Below the pieces are notes generated by a model. It saw only the letters and a program-made list of their open reading frames with translations, made no database searches and was not told the origin of the DNA. Made by a program: the position numbers and the translations under genes. Below, in pieces: positions 63,974-64,000 of a stretch of DNA of 64,000 bases. Each line of letters starts with the position of its first letter. Position 1 is the first letter of the stretch. This DNA comes from Terriglobia bacterium (GTDB lineage Bacteria; Acidobacteriota; Terriglobia; Bryobacterales; Bryobacteraceae): contig CAVXJP010000008.1 of the NCBI GenBank assembly GCA_963762135.1, forward strand, positions 944,824-1,008,823. Direction: 5' to 3'.

Positions 63974-64000
63974 ATGGAAGCCAGAGCAGAAGCGCGATAT
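63974..64000 (+). CDS. rplV: 50S ribosomal protein L22, 5' end only (runs off the window)
   Basis: MEARAEARY.. at the expected position after rpsS. Confidence 0.7.

Overview
High-GC bacterial chromosome segment. It looks Acidobacteriota/Solibacter-like (inference) because it has a TIGR03437-type C-terminal domain protein, a CarboxypepD_reg TonB-dependent receptor, and TIGR02999-type ECF sigma factors next to Ser/Thr kinases. From left to right, 1-42 kb holds housekeeping and signalling genes: a methyltransferase, NIPSNAP, MOSC, an amidohydrolase, a DEAD-box helicase, tRNA-Ala(CGC), speA, a LigAB-type dioxygenase, a PAS histidine kinase, a receiver and an NtrC-like regulator, Usp, three Hanks kinases, two-component systems, ACT+UPF0210, two glycosyltransferases, FAH and a TonB-dependent receptor. 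Positions 42.08-54.60 kb are a ~12.5 kb integrative element inserted in the 3' half of tRNA-Arg(ACG), bounded by a 48-bp direct repeat. It carries two tyrosine integrases, an excisionase-like HTH, a CHC2 primase-type zinc-finger protein, a RepA/AAA_25-like ATPase, iteron-like repeats, a large terminase and two small-terminase-like HTH proteins. I see no capsid, portal or tail genes, so it is phage-satellite-like. Inside it is a lower-GC module with a MazF/PemK-like toxin operon and, divergently, a non-canonical tRNA-like gene: 8-bp acceptor stem, 4-bp T stem, long variable arm, anticodon UAU (allo-tRNA-like). This is the most unusual item in the window. Positions 54.9-64 kb hold an HpcH-type aldolase and the str/S10 ribosomal operons (rpsL-rpsG-fusA-tuf-rpsJ-rplC-rplD-rplW-rplB-rpsS-rplV'). 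Caveat: many genes, including essential ones (about 8 indels in fusA; also rpsG, rpsJ, rplC), are frameshifted. I therefore read the frameshifts as assembly indel errors rather than pseudogenization. No rRNA genes or CRISPR arrays were seen. Most antisense ORFs in the six-frame track are high-GC artefacts.
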